A stretch of DNA of 62,620 nucleotides from Bacilli bacterium. Its GTDB lineage: Bacteria > Bacillota_I > Bacilli_A > RF39 > UBA660. The position numbers were made by a program, and so were the translations under genes. The stretch lies in NCBI GenBank assembly GCA_022791775.1, contig JAAVZT010000013.1, positions 1 through 62,620 of the forward strand, given 5' to 3'. Position 1 is the first letter of the stretch. Each line of letters starts with the position of its first letter. The notes beneath the pieces are model-generated. The model had not been told where the DNA came from. It made no database searches and saw nothing but the letters and a program-made list of their open reading frames with translations. This document shows positions 58,672-62,620 of this stretch, one piece after another.

Positions 58672-59746
58672 CTTTTTTCACCTCGTATGTTTTCCCGTTG
58701 CGATTAATGTTAATTTCAATTGTAGATTCGAAAGATAATTCTTGCCAATTTGGCAATTCATTTCGTGTTTTTTGATAATATTTTTTTCGTAATCCTAAAA
58801 TGTCTGCTTTTTCTTTCTTTATTAAATTCCATAATTCTTCATATTCTTTTTTTAAGACTTCTTCATATTTTTGACTTAGTTCATCATATATTTTGCTATC
58901 CCGAAAATCGTAACCACAGCTATCTTTTATAACGCTTGCATTTAGTTTACTAGAAACTTTTAATGTTTCTTCCGTAATATCTAAATTTGTTTTTTTATTG
59001 TCGTATAAATTGATTATTGTAAAACCGTCTTTGCCATCCTCACATGGAAGGTTTAAACGATGATATTTTGATTTATTGTTTAATACATTAAAGACTGCAG
59101 TTTGTTTTGGTTCTACAATTTTTTGAAGACTTCCATCTTTTAAAATAGCCATACCTGCTAATACTGGTTTTTCATCCACTAGTTTAATGGCAGTAATACT
59201 GGGATCTATTCGTTCATCTTCATATTGATCCATAAATTGATCAAAATCTATTTTAATGCTAACATTTTCATTATATTTATTGTTTCGAATCATGCTGTCA
59301 ATTTTCTCAGAAACGACCGGAGATTCTTTTGAGGTACTAGCTAAAAGTTCTTTGGCTAAACAATCTTTTGCTACTACGGGAGAAAAAATATTACGAATAT
59401 AGGGATCACGTAGCATGAAATCAGCAATATTTCGGAGGGGCTCTTTTGCTGCATTTTCACTTAAAATTAAAACTTTTAAATGAGCTAGATATGTTTCTTT
59501 ACTAATCGCATCGGAGGCTTCTTCAAATGCCTCTACAATGGTTTCTCCTTTTCCTTCTACCATATATGCTTTTAAGAAGGGGTCGTCACTTTTTTGATTA
59601 TTTAATATTTCAAAATTTACAATGTATTCTTCTTCTTCGTAGTCAATTGAAATACCAGATACAATGGCGCGATCATTTAATTCTTGATAATCATAACAAG
59701 CTGTGATAAAAGAGAGAATGATTGCGAGTAAAATTATTTTTTTCAA
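58664..59746 (-). CDS. Spore germination receptor C subunit (GerAC family lipoprotein)
   Basis: Lipobox ITAC, DYQELNDRAIVSGISID, ADILGL. Confidence 0.88.
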   Translation of the reverse strand: MKKIILLAIILSFITACYDYQELNDRAIVSGISIDYEEEEYIVNFEILNNQKSDDPFLKAYMVEGKGETIVEAFEEASDAISKETYLAHLKVLILSENAAKEPLRNIADFMLRDPYIRNIFSPVVAKDCLAKELLASTSKESPVVSEKIDSMIRNNKYNENVSIKIDFDQFMDQYEDERIDPSITAIKLVDEKPVLAGMAILKDGSLQKIVEPKQTAVFNVLNNKSKYHRLNLPCEDGKDGFTIINLYDNKKTNLDITEETLKVSSKLNASVIKDSCGYDFRDSKIYDELSQKYEEVLKKEYEELWNLIKKEKADILGLRKKYYQKTRNELPNWQELSFESTIEININRNGKTYEVKKDE

Positions 59747-61176
59747 TTTGTATTCCTCCTTTGGCGAATGCGATTTTTCTGAGTTATCATTTTGCTACGC
59801 CGAATGTCTTTATCAATTTGTGGCTTTAATACTCCTTTTTTAATATATACTTTGTCATATGGTGCAAATGGATAAAAATAAGGTTTTTTTAGTGTTGTTA
59901 GTTCACTTACGTGAATAAAAAAGTAAATAAAAGCTAAAAAGACTCCAAATAATCCATAAAGTGTTGCAGTAAATAAAAAAATAAATCGAAAATGACGGAT
60001 GGCACCTACTATTTCTTGGTTGGTAAAAAGCAAACTAGTGATGAAGGTAAAAGCAATGACAATGATCATGATTGGACTTACAATACCAGCACTTACAGCA
60101 GCTTCTCCAAGAACTAAAGCTCCTAATATTGAAATTGCACTTCCATAGGAATTTGGAAATCTTACGTCACTTTCTTTTAGTATTTCACAAATGATTAACA
60201 TAATTATTGCTTCTACGATAGCAGGAAAGGGGACATCGGCTCGTTGGGTTCCAAAATTAATTAGTAAAGAAGTTGGAATAGTTTCAGGATTATAATTTAC
60301 CATAGCAATATAAAAACCAGGAACTGCCATAGTTAAAAAGAAACAACTTAAACGAAGAATTTTTAAGAAATTTACATTTTTACTTTTTAAGTAGTTATCT
60401 GCTACTGGATTAATAAAATCGCTAAAAAATGCGGGTAGAATTAAAGCAAAAGGGGAAGTATCTACTAATATGGCAATTTTACCTTCTAGTAATGCGTTTG
60501 CAACTGTATCTGGACGTTCGGTGCGAATCACACTAGGAAAATGTGTGTTATTTTCTAGTTCTAAATATTCTGCAAGTGTTCCAGAGTCACATAAACCATC
60601 AATATCTATTTTTTCAATTTCTGCTTTTAATTTTTCTAAATTTTCTTTTTCCGCAATATCATCAAAATAAAGAAGATTAATCATTGTAGTTGTTTTTCGA
60701 CCTAATACTAAACTTTCGGCTTTTAAGGTACTCGATTTAATTCTACGCTTGACTAAGCCTAAATTAATTTGAATATTTTCTGTGAATCCGTCTTTTGGTC
60801 CCACTATGGTTGGTTCGCTTGTTGGTTCTGGAATACCACGATTAATATCAGCTTTTGTTTCAAAAGCAAATACTTCTAATCCACATATAACAATCGTAAA
60901 TCCATTGGTAATATAAAATTCTATTTGATCATATTCTTTAATAATTACAGTATTTGGTGCGGGAATAATGCTTTGAATATCTTTTAAATCTTTTTTTGTT
61001 TCACTACTTAATTTACTTAAATTTTTTAAAATATAATCATTTACTTTATCGCTTCCAGTTACACTTTCTAAATAAGCAATAAAAAAGGTGTCTTGTTTGC
61101 CAATTCTTATTTCTTTAATGATTAAATCAGGACATTTTTGGAATTCTTTTTTGATACGAGTTAGTATTTTGTTCAT
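59743..61176 (-). CDS. Spore germination receptor A subunit (GerAA family)
   Basis: EP..E....GPKDGFTE, TERPD....L.EG..A..VD.SP, VPFP, GALVLGEAAV.AG; ATG at 61176. Confidence 0.92.
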   Translation of the reverse strand: MNKILTRIKKEFQKCPDLIIKEIRIGKQDTFFIAYLESVTGSDKVNDYILKNLSKLSSETKKDLKDIQSIIPAPNTVIIKEYDQIEFYITNGFTIVICGLEVFAFETKADINRGIPEPTSEPTIVGPKDGFTENIQINLGLVKRRIKSSTLKAESLVLGRKTTTMINLLYFDDIAEKENLEKLKAEIEKIDIDGLCDSGTLAEYLELENNTHFPSVIRTERPDTVANALLEGKIAILVDTSPFALILPAFFSDFINPVADNYLKSKNVNFLKILRLSCFFLTMAVPGFYIAMVNYNPETIPTSLLINFGTQRADVPFPAIVEAIIMLIICEILKESDVRFPNSYGSAISILGALVLGEAAVSAGIVSPIMIIVIAFTFITSLLFTNQEIVGAIRHFRFIFLFTATLYGLFGVFLAFIYFFIHVSELTTLKKPYFYPFAPYDKVYIKKGVLKPQIDKDIRRSKMITQKNRIRQRRNTN

Positions 61177-61191
61177 ATATTTCACCATTTT

Positions 61192-61220
61192 TAACTTACC
61201 CAAAACTATTCATGCTATGC
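61192..61220 (-). promoter_or_regulatory. SigmaF-type forespore promoter of the ger operon
   Basis: GCATA-N15-GGTAAGTTA matches the B. subtilis sigmaF consensus GCATR-N15-GGHRARHT. Confidence 0.65.
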
Positions 61221-61247
61221 AAAATAATGTATAATAAATTTTAGGAA

Positions 61248-62456
61248 GTGATTGAGATGCCTCGGGTGAAGATCGAAAAAATAGATTTAGAAGGAAAAGG
61301 GATTGGCTATGTGAATGGTAAGATTGTTTTTGTTCCTAATGCTTTATTGGGAGAAATATATGATGTTTTGATTGTAAAGGAGAAAAAAAATTATCAAATT
61401 GGTAAAATCCAAAAGATTGTTTCTTCTCATTCTAATCGTTTAAAGCCTTTTTGTCCGTATTTTTTCAGTTGCGGAGGCTGTGATTTTGCTCATCTTGCTT
61501 ATGAAGATACCATATCTCTTAAGAAAAATATGTTAGAAGAACTGATGCGCCTAAATCATCTTTATGTGAAAGAAATACCAATTATAAGCTCAAAAGAACC
61601 TTTTTTTTATCGAAATAAAGTATCTTTAAAAGTCTTGGATGGAAAATTAGGATTTTATGAGGGAAGGTCTCATTCTTTTGTAGAAATTCAAGAATGCAAG
61701 ATTGCAAAACAAGCAATTAATGAAATTTTAAGAGATTTTGAGTTTTTTTCTTTTTGGAATGGTGAATTAATATTGCGTGTAAATCAAAACAATGAGATTT
61801 TAATGCAATTGATTACCAAAGAAAAAGTAAATATTTCAGATATCTTGTTTGAAAAACATAAAATAGTAGGTATTTTCTTGAATGATAAATGTATCTATGG
61901 TGTTCCATATTTTTTTGAACGAAAAAATGGGGTATTATATCAAGTATCTATGAATTCTTTTTTTCAAGTAAATGATTTTATTAGTGAATCCTTATTTTGG
62001 ACTATTCGAGAATTGTCTAAAAATGCAAAACATGTATTAGATTTATACTGTGGAGTTGGTAGTTTAGGCTTACAGCTTGCAAAACAAGGGAGTATTGTGA
62101 CTGGAATTGAACTTGTTCCTGCTGCTGTTTTGAATGCTGTAAAAAATGCTAAATTGAATCATTTTCGCAATTGTTTTTTTCATTGTGGAAAAGTAGAGCA
62201 ACTTATTTTAAAAATTCCATTAGAATTTGATACGATTCTTGTCGATCCCCCACGATCTGGTTTAGATGCGGTTACTAGAAAAACTATTTTAGATATCTTG
62301 CCGAATTCTTTAATATATGTTTCTTGTAATCCTTATACATTAATTCGAGATTTGAAAGAATTCTATGATTTCTATGATATAAAAACAGTGAAAGGATTTG
62401 ATATGTTTCCGTTTACGCGTCATATTGAAACTTTATGTTTATTAATAAAAAAATAA
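61248..62456 (+). CDS. rlmD: 23S rRNA (uracil-5)-methyltransferase, RlmD/RumA family
   Basis: TRAM domain, C......CGGC, YRNK, SFFQVN, LDLYCGVG, VDPPRSG, YVSCNP, DMFP.T.H.E. Confidence 0.9.
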   Translation: MIEMPRVKIEKIDLEGKGIGYVNGKIVFVPNALLGEIYDVLIVKEKKNYQIGKIQKIVSSHSNRLKPFCPYFFSCGGCDFAHLAYEDTISLKKNMLEELMRLNHLYVKEIPIISSKEPFFYRNKVSLKVLDGKLGFYEGRSHSFVEIQECKIAKQAINEILRDFEFFSFWNGELILRVNQNNEILMQLITKEKVNISDILFEKHKIVGIFLNDKCIYGVPYFFERKNGVLYQVSMNSFFQVNDFISESLFWTIRELSKNAKHVLDLYCGVGSLGLQLAKQGSIVTGIELVPAAVLNAVKNAKLNHFRNCFFHCGKVEQLILKIPLEFDTILVDPPRSGLDAVTRKTILDILPNSLIYVSCNPYTLIRDLKEFYDFYDIKTVKGFDMFPFTRHIETLCLLIKK

Positions 62457-62620
62457 TTTTTTTCATTAAATTATAGCAAATTTTACACGACTTAACAGAA
62501 AATGAGAGGAAGTCGTGTTTTTTATGATGAAAAAATAGGAGGTATGTGATATAATTGCCAATAGTAAACAGATAGAAGGGTGAGTAAGTTGACGATTTTT
62601 GTTGTGGTAGAGGATGACAA

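Noticed and set aside
62400-62620. ICE insertion at the rlmD/rumA 3' end, a known hotspot
   Set aside because: The gene ends normally and only a hairpin (ACACGACTT/AAGTCGTGT) follows; the window ends before anything could be confirmed.

Overview
AT-rich (roughly 30% GC by eye) chromosomal segment of a walled, spore-forming, apparently genome-reduced member of the Bacillota. My inference is an RF39-like gut Bacilli lineage: it has murF, spoIVA, cotE, spoVIF, a gerA-type operon and a BclA-like collagen, plus N-terminally shortened ClpB and ThrS. The genetic code is standard. The backbone is housekeeping genes (ttcA, feoAB, ymfF/H, rpsP-khpA, der, murF, hup, cdsA, rseP, dnaB-dnaI, clpB, thrS, serS, miaB, rlmD), three tRNAs (Thr-GGT, Arg-CCG, elongator Met-CAT), two T-box riboswitches and a CIRCE operator. 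Four things stand out. (1) A small islet at tRNA-Thr (about 6.0-7.6 kb) has symmetric att-like sites centred on CCA, a NUDIX gene bracketed by ~36-bp promoter-containing direct repeats, a tRNA-3'-end mimic, a frameshifted small ORF and a decayed serine-recombinase start; it may be the relic of a tRNA-anchored gene-cassette system. (2) A second islet after tRNA-Arg has an IS200 remnant, a GNAT/CorA-like pair, and an HsdM-TRD fusion paired with an Mrr_N-HNH nuclease but no HsdR. (3) Five XRE regulators form two divergent switches in front of spoVIF and spoIVA. (4) A surface protein carries a DGR-type NNT-codon footprint near its C-terminus, with no RT or template repeat in the window. No CRISPR array, rRNA or intact prophage was seen. 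All family assignments are from motif recognition only; no searches were run.
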